A stretch of DNA of 42,860 bases from Polymyxa betae A26-41 (lineage: Eukaryota; Protista; Endomyxa: Phytomyxea): the NCBI GenBank assembly GCA_003693705.1, contig RBZT01000320.1, forward strand, positions 1 through 42,860. The letters are read 5' to 3'. This document shows positions 1-12,714 of the stretch, one piece after another. The notes under the pieces were generated by a model. That model worked only from the letters and a program-made list of their open reading frames with translations, searched no databases and was not told the DNA's origin. The translations under genes and the position numbers were made by a program. Every line of letters begins with the position of its first letter. Position 1 is the stretch's first letter.

Positions 1-2513
1 GAACGCGGGAGGGAAGTTGGTGAATGTCTTCGACCTGAGCGCGGCTCTCGTTCGGGCGCGAGCCGCTTCTCTGCAATAAGTTTACAAAATAAACAGTTTA
101 TCAACCCTATAGCGACTTCCACATAGAGCTTTTGTAATGTTACCTCTCTCAGATGTTTTGAATACGACCTCTTTGACTGATGCCTTGAGAAGGCGCGGCC
201 TGCCACTCTTAGATGAATCTCATTACGGTACAGCTTTGCTATTAGGCACTACAGATCGGCGCTAGAGCTCGAGAAGACTCTTTAATTCGCTTCGTCTTGA
301 CAATCTCAAGGAAACGACTTGAATCCGAGAAAGGAAGACAGCTGGTCTGCTGTTGTGGCCCGGCTTCAGGACTGCCGTCCAGGCGATGCTTTGGAGCTGT
401 TCAAAGCTTGTCTGAGCCTCCAAGTAAAGGGGCTTGCACCGGATTTTAACAAACTGGTCGAATCTACAACTTCGAATCCTAAAAATCAACACGCTGTGCT
501 TAAATCAAACCTGAAATTAAACTCTGCAGTAGAATCAATACTTACCGAATGAAAAGTTCAAAATTGAAAATAAGGCGATCATATTTCTATTCAGGACTTT
601 TTTATTTGGTCTGTGACGCCAACAACAATTCCAGTGACTTCGAATTTGCATCAGTCTCTACGTTACACTCAAAATACATCACTGGTTATATAGCGATGGC
701 CGACGTGGCTTAAACTGTTAAAATGCATCAGCAGCAGAACTCCCCTCGTGACAGGCCCAAATTTTTACCTTCTGAAAATCTCGAAAACGCACTAAAGTTC
801 TCTCAAGACATACTGCAAGGTTCTTACAGCAATTTGGAGATAACAAAGATCGGTTCCAACACAGAGTCTAACATATTGGTTATAAACCAGATAGACAATG
901 CAATTGTCGAATGTTAAAGAGCACTGAAAGAACGGATAAGACAAATGAGATCGCATTTCTTCGCATATCGCGACGAACGGCCATCTCAGGCATCAAAACA
1001 AGACTTGGTGATAATCATCACTTGAACGCTTTCTTTAAGATGTAGATTGACTTGCATCAGATACGTCCATGCCAGGTGGAAAGACATTAGGTACTTCTTT
1101 TGGCGGTTATCGACGAAAGTATTGAAGCTGTGGTCTCTACATCATCTGTTTTCAAACCAATGTTACAGTGAGTTGGGATATTGAATGGGACAATCCGAAT
1201 CGTTATATCGTTTGGCACCGAATGTTCCATCGACTTCTGGTAACGGGACGCGATTTTCAATCTATGATACAGATGATAACAACGACACTCCTGTCCAGCG
1301 ATGGTTTCCTCTGAGATACATTGCATATGTAAAAAGCGTCATCACGAATGCAGATTACTTGATGAAAGCGCGAAAATGTTGCAGACAACTGCGTGATCTG
1401 ACCTGATCTGACCATCTCTACCGGTATCTGCCAAATGTTGAAAGAAATTCGCGCAGTTTTACGAACGTTGTTGGCTGCGCACTTTTTAAAAACGATACAG
1501 AATCGTTGGCTGCGACGGTTTTCGTTGTCATCGCCGCAGTCACCACCTCCATAGCGACACCGCTTCGTAACATTCAGAACGAGATGGTCGATGATCGTAT
1601 TATACTAGCACTGGGTTTGATGCTCTCCCTTTAACCTGCAAGCTTGATCTTCAACCAAGATTGTTTTTTGCTTATAAAAGCAAGCGATTAAATACGATTA
1701 TAAATCACGTATTTAAAACTACGGTAGGCGGTAATGATACTGAACGAATCAATCATTTCTCAGCTGCAGAAATGATTGAACTGGGCTTGCGGACATCGCT
1801 TTAGGACCCTCAGCTGTTGTATCATCATTCGGTAAACACATTGAAGAGATTATATAAATTGTGCAGATTTTTCGAATAAGCGACTCAGGTCAGAAGTTTG
1901 ATAAACAGAGTATTTCCAGACGTATCGTTAGGCCAATTTAAGCAGAAAAAAGCTCCACAAACCGACGTGAGATTTCTGCTAGCGAAAACTATCCCAACCT
2001 ATCTATGTTTGCAATCATAAATTCGATTGAAGTTTTCAAATTTTGAATGAAAAGAACTGCATATTTTGCTGGTTCATTGTCTATCCGATTGTTTGCTAAC
2101 ATTATGTCGGGACCCACTGAATATGGAGCGTCTTGAGATCGATCACAGCCGCGTTCGTCTTTCGTAAGTTTATCGACTCACTTGGAATGGCGAATCTCAC
2201 GATTAAAACATAAATGCCAAAACTCTGATCGGTCTTAAAATTTCGGCATTATTTCTAGTACAATTGTAGGTAAAGTTGGGATGGCTTCCGCATTCGGCAA
2301 AATATTTCGGCAAACTCGTATACAGTATCTCGATTTCATCCTCTCCAGGCTTTCGGATATAAACTGCATTGAAAACAGGCCTCGCATTGTCGCTGGGTTT
2401 TCAGGATACGAGCTCAAAGCTCAGGTTGTTCATTTTACCCAATCTGTTTCAGCTTCCTACAATTAGCAAAGTTGGTCTAATTTGGAGTGTGATTTGAAGA
2501 AAGAGTGAGGTCA

Positions 2514-4834
2514 TTAATTATGTGGCAAAGGACTGCACGCTTCTTGCAGCCAGCGTAACGCCTTCGGATCCATTTTCGACAAGATAGGTGACAGGTTTTC
2601 CAGACATTCTTGGTGATAGTTGTTGAGCCATTCGAGCTCACTCGGTGAAAGCAGCGAAACATTGAGAAGCTTTTTCTGTATCGGGACAATAGTGACCTAA
2701 GCGCTTGCTTAGTTGGTAAAAAGGCAGAAAACAAAACTGAAATCAATCATTGTACACAGTCTAATTGATGCAAAATGTGAAAGAAATTCCAAATAAACGT
2801 GTGAAATAGAAAAATGATTTAAACGAGGATTGAGTTAGAACGACATGGTGTCGGAAAAATGGAAAATTTTATACATTTCTGCATAAAATGTCGCTTTTAA
2901 ATTTAGACTGCAACTGGAAATTAAAAGTGATACCGTCTCAACGGTCATCCAGCCAGCAGAACCAAAATGATGCTCAGTTTCCGTCGATTTAATTAACATC
3001 ACAGTCTCGATACGGATCCCAAACTTGCTCGTTTCATAATAACCAGGTTCGTTCGTCACTTTAGCAGGAGAATTAGTTTGCAAATCAAAACAAGAATTTC
3101 AAATCAGCAAATCCACGAAATGAGTGATTACCGTCATTCCAGGTTTCAAGGCGGTTGTAGCGGTTGCAATTCGTCTAAGCAAAGCGCTGACGCCATGAGG
3201 GCCTCTATAACTCATTGCTCAGCTCTAGACCGGCAAAATAGAGAAGCGGTCATACTCGTGGACACAGAGGAAGCTGCCGACACCATGACCTGTTCCATGG
3301 TTGAAGTTGAGCCCAACCGACCATAAAGCTTCACGAGCCAATACATCCAGCTGGTGTCCAGTTGTAACTCCTAGAAGCATCAATTATGAGTATCAAATCT
3401 TGGAGAGAAACTGCAGTATAAAAAATTACAGCAGAAAACGAAGAGATTGCAATAAACAACAAACGATAAAAAACGAAATTATTGAGTTTTGAGTGATAGC
3501 ATATCACAACGCCAAGTGCATACTGTATGTGCACAATAAAAAAAGTAAAAGAGAATAAAGGAGAATAAGAGAAAACAATCAGGAAAGAACGAAACAGAAG
3601 TGAGAAAAAATGAAAAGAAATTAAGCCGGAAACATACCAGAGAAGATGGGTTTAGAAAGGCGAATATGTCCAATAAGCACACGAGTAAAGCAGTCGATCT
3701 CTTTCGAGCTGGGACAGCCGAAATGCACCGTTCTCGTCACATCTGTTGTTCCATCCAGATACTGGCCGCCGCTATCCACCAAACACATCGCGTCCACGGC
3801 CAGATTCTATCAGAAAAACACTCAGCTGTGATTTCGATCGCGAAACCTGCAGGACGTACCCGCGCATGGCCTCGGATGGGATGGTAGTGGATGACGGCGC
3901 CATTCGGGCACGAACCTGAGATCGTCCCGAAAGACAGCCCGTGGAAATCGGCCATCTCGGAACGATATTTCTCCAAGCGATCGGCAGCTGAAACTTCATC
4001 CAAATCTCTGCAAACTTTTACGTCAGTAAGAAGATGGCAAAGGAAACTTTCGAAACGATGTAAAGCAAAAGGCAAAGGAAAATGAAGCGGTATCTCTGAA
4101 AGATTATCACAGCAAGTGAGAAGATCAGAGAAGCGTTGTAAAAAAAAATACAATCCTATAAATTTGCAGACAAAGAGAAAGCATCAAACTTCTTTGCAAT
4201 TTTTGAAAACACGAAGCAGTAAATATCACAAGCAAGGAAACATTACAGAGGTTCAACGAAGAAAAAAGCACCGAGGAACCAACAAAGCAGACGATTACAG
4301 AGAGCCGTTCGAGCTTGCAACATAATCGTCCAGCCAGGCCAGATAGCGAACGAGAGCGGCGCCATCACGAATATGGCATTAACGCATGCCTTCAAGCTCG
4401 CAGTCGTTCCTGATCGCTTTCAGATCCTCGACGGGACTCGCCAGCTCTCTCACATGACATTTCGACAACGCTAGATAGATCGCCATCGAGCTTTGATTCG
4501 GGTCCAACCACGCCACCTAATTACGGTTTTGTAAACAGAAAAAGAAAACAAAATGTGATACCTGGTCAGATTTGGGTTGTAGGTTTTCGAATATCGAACT
4601 GTATGGATGAACGATAATGCCAAGATCGTTCAATTAGGCAGAAGTATCAGGCGATAGCTTCGCCGAGTCGATGTAAAGCTCAACGGCGTTGTCGATGGAG
4701 ACGACAGCAAAGGCGAAGAACACGGGATTGTAATCGATGTCTCGACCGCGAAGATTCAGCAGCCAACCGACTTCGTCAAGAGCACAGACGACGAAGAAAT
4801 GAGCGCCTTACGCTTGTAAGCTCTCTTTCGACAT
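2514..4834 (-). pseudogene. Xaa-Pro aminopeptidase (aminopeptidase P, M24B) pseudogene, 5'-truncated, introns retained
   Basis: Spliced translation gives [108 protein letters not shown] and VPIQKKLL...EWLNNYH, ending at a TAA at 2514-2516. Three in-frame TAA codons at 4808-4810, 4634-4636 and 4379-4381. The N-terminal domain is absent. Confidence 0.9.
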
Positions 4835-4881
4835 ATGAAAGTTATGGGAATAAGACAATAAACTGCTGTAGGAGCGATCAT

Positions 4882-7800
4882 TTATTTCTGCTTGCCCATC
4901 AAGTTAAGAGCAGAGCCGGCTTTGAACCACTCGATCTGATTCTCATTGAAAGAGTGGTTTACTTTGAACTCGAATTCACTGCCGTCGGCTTTCTTAACAG
5001 AAACAGTGAGCGGTTGCCCTGGGGCGAACGTGTCCAAACCCAATATGGAGATTTGGTCGGAACCAGAGATCTTGTCGTAATCTGCTGGATCAGCAAAAGT
5101 CAACGGCAGCATACCCTAGTTTCGGCAAATAAGCACAGAATCATGGGACTAGAAACTGATAGAATGGCACAGCGGTAACCAGATCCAATAAAATTTCCCA
5201 CTGAAAAAAAGAGCATCTCGACAGAAAGTGTAAACGAGCATGAAACACACAGAAACAGCAGCAATTGTGATGAAAAACGTAACGAACCTGTTTCTTCAGG
5301 TTGGTCTCGTGAATACGAGCGAAGGATTTCACAATGACGGCGCTCCCACCGAGATAGCGTGGCTCCAGAGCGGCATGTTCACGAGAGCTTCCTTCACCAT
5401 AGTTCTCGTCTCCGATCACGACCCAATTGATGCCTTGCGCCTTATACCTACGGGCTACAGCAGGCACAGCATCATATTTCTCCTCTTTGGAGGTGAAATC
5501 GCGGATGGAATTGACCTTGCCATTGTCGTCGTTAACAGCCCCAATCAGACAATTGTTGCTGATATTGTCAAGGTGGCCTCGAAACCTGATTAGCATGAAT
5601 CAATGCGAGAAACACAAGATAGAACGAGAACGGCAAACAGTGAAGGGAAGAGTCCAAGATTGCAGACAGCCCAAGCAACAAAAACAAAGATACTGGGATC
5701 ACACAGCAAGGATATGTGCGGCACAAAGAGACAAAGTTGAAGCACCGAAAAACAAAGAGGGCAGAAAAAAAGCGAAGCTCATGTATGCCGAGCATCTAAG
5801 TCAAAATATGGAGCATACTTCAGCCAAGGACCAGCCATGGAGATGTGATCGGTGGTGCACTTGCCGCGAGCTTTGATTAATACACGTGCGTCTATGAAAG
5901 AAACATTAGATAACAGTAATTAAAAGCAATAGATAGACTCACCTTCAATGTCCTTTCCATCCCAAGCCGGGAATGCCTTCAGTAACTGAAGACGGCTGGA
6001 TTTCGGGTCGATAGCAACGTTAATCTGGCTGCCGTCCTCGGGAGGCGTTTGGAACGTGTTTTCACCTGCATCGAATCCAGCCGAAGGAAGGTCAGAGCCG
6101 ACGGGCGGTGAGAACTTGAAATCCTTCCCGTTTGCATCCTGAATAAAGTCATAAAATAGCTTACAACATATAACAAATGATATTCACAGAAGAACAGCTA
6201 AAGAAACATCATAAAGAATTGGAGAAAGAAAGCATTCAACAGTGAAAAAAGGTGAACAATTGAACTGCAAGCCACACCTTAAGCGAATCGGTGACAGGGT
6301 TGAAAGTGATCTTGCCAGCGAATGCCATGGCAGTTACAAGTTCAGGAGAAGCAACAAAGGCATGGGTGGAAGGATTTCCATCATTACGAGAGGTGAAGTT
6401 ACGGTTGAAAGAGGTCACAATAGAGTTGGCCTCACCTGATCCAATTACATCAGTATGTATTGTTTTACGAGCAAAACACAGAAAGACGAGATATGCGTCA
6501 TGAAAATAAGAATCTCTACCTTTCTTAACATCGGTACGCTTCCATTGACCAATACAGGGACCGCAGGCGTTAGCAAGAACAGTGCCGCCGGCTTCCTGAA
6601 GAACCCCCATCTGACCATCACGAGCAATGGTAGCACGAACTTGTTCTGAACCAGGAGTGATATTAAAAGGAACAACAGCTTGGACTCCTCGGTCAAGTGC
6701 TTGCTGGGCAATGTTGGCGGACCTAAACGAGAAATCAGAAGTCTTACAGAATTACCACATAGAAAATATCAGATAATGCACAATAGGTTTACAAACTCCA
6801 AATACTAACTGAATAAAGTTTCCTGAGAATCCCAAAAAGCATACCGAGACATATCCTCATAAGAAGAGTTAGTACAAGATCCGATAAGGGCAACGCTCAG
6901 CTTGTCAGGCCAGCCATTTTTCTTGACGGCAGACTTGAATTCACCAATTGGGTGAGCCAAATCAGGGGTAAACGGTCCTGACATTAGTTCAGCCATGAAG
7001 AACTGACAAAACAGATTCGCAAAAGTTGTTAAGTTAGAAGATCAAACAGAAAAGTTATATTTAGAAAGCGTAAAGCGATTTTAAACTCGAATTGAGGCAA
7101 ACAAATTAAAATTAAAAACAATATTAAAAAACGTTACCATTGACGTGAGGCTCAAGAGTGCTCAAATCGATTTCAATCTGAACGGACAAAATGAGAGGCT
7201 TGAAAGAACCTGAAGAGAATAAGGCATACCAGTTGGTCATATTTAGCCTTCTCATCGGGAATCAATATATCGGAGTATTTCTCTGCAAGCTTAGCAATTC
7301 CTTCACGTTGAGTGGACTGCAGATAGGCAATGTGGCGTTCGTTAAACGGAAACATTGAAGTAGTTGCGCCAATTTCCGCACCCATATTGCAAATGGTACC
7401 TCAACAGAAAATTAGTGACATATTCGTCTGCAAGATTAAAACATACCTTGGCCGGTACATGAAATAGACTCAACACCATCGCCAAAGTATTCGACAATTG
7501 CCCCAGTTCCACCTTTAACTGTCAACAAACCGGCAACCTAACCATCACAGTTAATGAAGTATCTCTGAAAGCAAACGCAATGGAAGTAAACATATGAAGG
7601 GTCAGCAAATACAGACCGTACTAGTGTAGAGGGAGTTCTGACGACATTCAAAACAGGAGGCAAACAGAAAAAAACTTCATCACAACGCACAAGAGACATA
7701 CTTTTAAGATAACATCCTTTGGAGAAGTCCATCCATTCAGCTTGCCCTTCAGATGGACACCAATAACTTTCGGCGCTTTTAGTTCCCATGGAAGTCCAGC

Positions 7801-8738
7801 CATGACATCAACAGCATCAGCACCACCAACTCCAATCGCGCAGGATCCGAGACCACCCGCATTGGGAGTGTGCGAGTCAGTTCCGATCATCAACAAACCA
7901 GGAAAGGCATAATTCTCGAGTAGGATCTGGTGGATAATGCCAGATCCTGGCCTCCAGAACCCGATTCCATATTTCGCAGATGACGATCCAAGAAAGTCGT
8001 AGACCTCTTTGTTCAGATCTTTGGCGTATTTCAAATCGGCTTTACCCTCAGTCTACGACAGTTGAATCAGATTTGATCACAGATGTGAAAAAGCGATAAA
8101 AGGAACATTAGCTTCAAAGCAAAGAGTAGAGAGTAGAGCAAAGAAGAAGTCAGGAGCAGTAAAAAAAATCAAAATAGACTATTACAATAGCCTCGATCAA
8201 GTGATCACAGTGGATGGTAGAAGGCACTTTAACTTTAGGCAGCCCACTGGACATGAACTGCAAAACAGCCATTTGAGCAGTGGCGTCCTGCATGGCCACA
8301 CGATCTACAATAGCATATAAGTATCAGGCAGTGCCAATGACAAACCGAAAGCGCTCGAAAAAACTGATTTTCTAAACATATAACACCTCTTATAAAGAAA
8401 AGATAAATTTAAGAAGCAATATGAACGAAAAGAATTAAAAGAATGTTCATCAACTTACCCGGCCGTAACCTCAGATAAGATTTCCCTCGGACGATAGTCT
8501 TAGCGTCATCGGGATTGTCGAGATGGCCGTAAACAATCTTCTCGGCCAAAGTCAATGGGCTCTTAATATGCTTTTTGACGGTCTTGAGGCGATCAGCGAT
8601 CCGCTCATAGGTCTCATCCAGCGAGGTATGAGGCTCGAGTCTGCTTAGCGCCGTCGACATGGCCCGAGCGGCGCCGGCCCGGCTGGCGCTGAGGGCCGGC
8701 GTCAAGCGCGCCGATCGTAGCATGCGATGGTATTGCAT
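4882..8738 (-). CDS. ACO2: Mitochondrial aconitate hydratase, multi-exon
   Basis: Arg/Ala/Ser-rich presequence, [45 protein letters not shown], the 4Fe-4S ligands IGSCTNSSY and [53 protein letters not shown], and C-terminal [11 protein letters not shown]. Exons join through GT-AG introns. Confidence 0.97.
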
Positions 8739-9594
8739 GATAGAGAGCTGTGACGAGCTTGAAAGAGTTTAAACGAAGAGAAACGGCGCGACGCAGCCCT
8801 AACCAGACATATGAGGGGTTACGCGGAGTGCAGCCTTTCAGCACCAGTCATCCCAGTGTAGCCAGTTGGCTGCGCTCTCAGTCACCCCTAATTTATTTCC
8901 GTCTTGATGATTAAACAGCGATAGCCTCGCAGCTGATGTGATCATATTCTGCAATTGAAACCATGATGTTAGGGACAGGATTTTTATCAATATGAGGAGC
9001 GTGAAAAAACTGGCTATGTAAAGCCTTGTCGAAGCGTATCTGATCGAATCTTTATTATCTCTCCTGAATTTCCCAATGAAAAGATACGAATCACAAACAG
9101 ATTGTAACCAGCAACCGATTGCATCGTTATAAGCAGAACAATTTCTCTATGAACGCAGTAGACTGCATTATACAAACACAAAGGTCCTGCTAGTCTAAAT
9201 ACGAAAAGGGATTCGAAGAGATAGCATTGGCAGACTGTAATTTTACAATCCAACTTTCAAACAACTGAATAGATAGATGATAAAGTCCAATTCAAGAATT
9301 CCGATGTTACTGTCGCTAGCAGTTTGATGATAGCATCATAACGCTCATTCCATCATGGTAAAGCAACGGTATCCCGCAAGTGGATGGCTAACTTGCCTTT
9401 TAAATAAGAAATATAAAACCCATTCATCTGTTCGTGCGTTTTCGGCTGAGATGATTGTTACGAGCTCGTATTGAAACGCAAACTTCAGAAACAACCGGGA
9501 CATGCCTTAAAGGCTTTCCGACGGCAATATCGTCATAACCTCCGCCGGGATTCAATGACGATTCACGCCCTGTCACCAGAGCCGTCACGGACAC

Positions 9595-9678
9595 GGCTCT
9601 TCCCAAACCGGAACCTGACGGCGGCTTTTCCCAAACCGGAACCTGACGGCGTTGACTCACGCGTTGCCAAACCGGAAG
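9595..9678 (+). repeat. 28-bp tandem repeat (x2, plus a partial third copy) just upstream of the 9692 ORF
   Basis: ggctYttcccaaaccggaacctgacggc at 9595-9622 and 9623-9650; ccaaaccggaag at 9667-9678. Confidence 0.85.
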
Positions 9679-9691
9679 CTCCCGGGCAAAC

Positions 9692-10369
9692 ATGCAGCCG
9701 CCCCCGCGGGCCACCCCGACCCCATTCGCCAATCTTCTCACTGGATTCCAAACCGAGTCGCCTTCACCAAAAACAACACCAACAACGATGATCTCGCTGA
9801 CGCGCCTCGAATCCGTCGCCAAATGGGTCAACATCGCCGACCTCGTCGTCCAGTGCGGCGGCACCGTCACCTATCTGTTCGCCATCAAGTCGTTCAGCCT
9901 CGCCTTGTACGACGGCGCCCACGCCCTGCAAGACGATGCCCTCCTCGGCCGCCTCGAACGCGCCCTGGCCAGTACGACCTGGTCGTGGCTAAATATCGTC
10001 CCGTATCTGCTGTTATTGACGTGCCTCATCCACAAGGGCCTGTTCGCCTTGTTGGCCCGGCGGCGGGCGTCGCGTCTCGATACGGCCGCGTTCGCGTTCG
10101 ATTCGCTGTGCGCGCTGGCGACGATGTCGTGGCTGACGTACTGGCTCTCGATCTCGGCCCTGGTCCAGGTCGCGTGCTTCTTCCAGAACCAGGGTCTGCA
10201 GCTGGCCATGCGCTGGCTGAACCTGTGGATCGTGGCCCTGGCCAGTATGACCGTGTCGATGGCCGTCTGCGTCAGCATCGATTTCCTGTACCTGGCCAAG
10301 GCTCGCGCGGTCAAAGACGAGCTCCAGGATGAGCTGTCGATCCCGTTCTTGACGGAGCCCGTCGTTTAA
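9692..10369 (+). CDS. Hypothetical intronless membrane protein, about 4 TM helices
   Basis: 225-aa ATG-initiated ORF with strong GC3 codon bias, four hydrophobic segments and an acidic C-terminal tail (DELQDELSIPFL). An alternative start is possible at 9788. Confidence 0.75.
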   Translation: MQPPPRATPTPFANLLTGFQTESPSPKTTPTTMISLTRLESVAKWVNIADLVVQCGGTVTYLFAIKSFSLALYDGAHALQDDALLGRLERALASTTWSWLNIVPYLLLLTCLIHKGLFALLARRRASRLDTAAFAFDSLCALATMSWLTYWLSISALVQVACFFQNQGLQLAMRWLNLWIVALASMTVSMAVCVSIDFLYLAKARAVKDELQDELSIPFLTEPVV

Positions 10370-10443
10370 TGTTACAACGAATTGCAACAATACAGTCACA
10401 CACAATACTGAATAAAGAACGAATCGATTTCAACTCAGATCGC

Positions 10444-10629
10444 AAATCTTGTTTTCTGTGAATCTTTTTGAGACCTTTGTAGATAAACACAACACCGAAT
10501 ACAGAACGATACAGATACTACTCAAATTTTGTTTTCTGTGAATCCTTTTGAGACCTTGTTAGAGAAACACAACACCAACTTAAATCTTGTATTTTCTGGT
10601 ATTTTTTAGAAACTTTGTGTAAGAATACA
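10444..10629. repeat. Three imperfect ~50-bp direct repeats
   Basis: aaatYttgttttctgtgaatcYttttgagacctt...aaacacaacacc at 10444-10497 and 10524-10577, with a degenerate copy at 10583-10629. Confidence 0.7.
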
Positions 10630-12714
10630 GATTGTTCATGATGTGATTCTGGATGCCGTTTTGATTTTCCCATCTTCAATCACAACTTGAAAAATCTCAA
10701 TAGGTAGTTGATGTAATACAGCTGAAAAGAATCCAAACAAGTTCGGATCCCTTTTGGATGAAAGATTCTCCCTTCGACGCTGATTGCATGTTTGGCAGAT
10801 TGAATTAATAGATTTTGGTTGATCAGGAGCGAGATTGTTAACGAAACCATGTAACCTTCGTCTGTTAGGATTAGGGTTTGAAAAAAACAAGCCTCAAAAA
10901 CTCGAAAAATCGCAATATTTTTGTGAAAATATCGTTTGATGATTGCACTGGACGAATGGATGTTTCTTATATAACAGTCCCGATCTATCGTCAGATTCTT
11001 GATTACCGTTCGAATGGTAGAATTGGATTCTTTCAAACTAAGTGCTGCGCGGCTCTCAAAGGGATCAAGCTCTCGGATCTTTGTTGCTCTCGCCATTCTG
11101 ATTCACGCTGACGAGAAAGTGATCGTTGCCAAATCGGCGCTCTGCATCCGATGCCGGCAGGAAAATTGGGGTTTCTCAGCGACTTTTGAAAACGATTTCA
11201 TCATTCACGTGGTATAATGTATCTTGTGCGGGTTAGTTCTGCCCATCGATCTTAGGAATTAATTGTCGTGATGTGGCACATTGGCCGGATGCACTGACAG
11301 CACATGTCGTTACCGAGACTCGAAGCGGTGCTGAGGCGAAATCAACGGATCAGGCGGCGGATATCGCAATTCTGTAAATCACGCCTTCGAGAGCAACTGT
11401 ATTGCAGCCATTACAAACACAACTTTCAAACCATTTTGTACCCCGAACATTTGTAAGCCATCAACTATTAATAAAACTGGTGCGATGATTGTCGTCAATA
11501 CTCTGGACTGGCAAGGCTCTACCCAGCGCTCTGACGACAATATCCGGTTAATAAAACATTTTGATAAAAATCAGGCACGGAAACAAGCTGTGCGAGCATT
11601 GAGCAGCAACATTCCTATCAGTTGGTCAAGAAGCCACCAGAAAATCAAGACTTTTTACAGCAACTTTCTTCTGTTTATCAAGAAATGTCGCATCCAATCC
11701 TGTTAACATGCCATTTTTATGACTTTCGTAACATTCTGGAATCAAGAAACCGTGAAAGTCCTCAACGTCGTCGGAAACGCAATCGGCGATTGGTATGGGA
11801 ATTTTGATAAATGTCTCTGAAATTCAAGCCCTCATTATCTTATGCTTAAGAATGATTTCGTTTTGGGCATGGACCAAGAGTAGAGCGATCATCCAAATGT
11901 CTCTAAAGATAATCCAATGAAGTATATGCTGACTCATAATTGATTTTTCATCCTGGCTGTGCAAATTTGCTTGCTTGAATAGGGTCAGAGTTTTGTACAG
12001 AATGAATCTCTGCTGAGAGGGCGCTCTATGCTGTAAGGCTCTATCACGAAAATTTTGCTGAACCAGAAAAATTTGGTGCTTTCTTGAACATATTGCACCG
12101 GATGTGACCGAAACGCAGGCCGATTTGGGAGCTGGAAAACACCGAATGTTACAACTTCTACAATGTTATGTTACAATGGTTCAGAAGCCTGATAATGATA
12201 CGACCGCCGTCCAGTGAGGGATTGTGAGGAAAAGACATTGGGGGGTGACCCCGAGGTGTTTCTTATAGAACGAAATGATTTTACCGCAGAAAGGAAGACG
12301 GATCAATGCACTGGTGAGTGTCATGCTGGCCTGGAACACCCCGATAGATGAGGAATGATGATGAGGAATCTTCCCTGGCTGAGAATTTTAACATTCATCG
12401 TAATATCGTTTCTGTCAGTCAGGCGGCCGACAGATTTTTTGGCCATAACAGGCATGTAGAGAGAAGAAAGCTGTCATCGACAAACCCTGCCGGAAACGGC
12501 TTCCAGGCAGGCTCTGTTCGAAACCCTCTCACGAGGAAAGCAGCGATTATAGAGCTCCAAACTGGGCATCACAGATCTTAACATCTTCAACACAAAAAGA
12601 ATAATTTCTCTTTCGTGATTTTTGGTGTCGAAAAGCTACGTGATTACAGTTTTAAGTGCTTTCGAAACGGTACTTTATTCACCATGATTGGACAGATGAC
12701 AAAGGTTTAGGGTT

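Noticed and set aside
1-2466. Possible spliced plus-strand genes (one ending at 552, another spanning ~723-2466)
   Set aside because: Splice-like signals exist, but I could not build a consistent model or recognise a domain.
4379-4810. Non-standard genetic code (TAA=Gln), suggested by three in-frame TAA codons
   Set aside because: Aconitase and the aminopeptidase itself end at TAA in the expected positions, and the intact genes have no internal TAA. Pseudogenisation is simpler.
9424-10405. Several overlapping long ORFs (9652+, 9871-, 10013-, 9424-)
   Set aside because: These are shadow frames of the GC-rich 9692-10369 gene.
10636-12600. Short ORFs and a weak inverted similarity
   Set aside because: No recognisable motif, no TIR/TSD, and the match is too poor to call.
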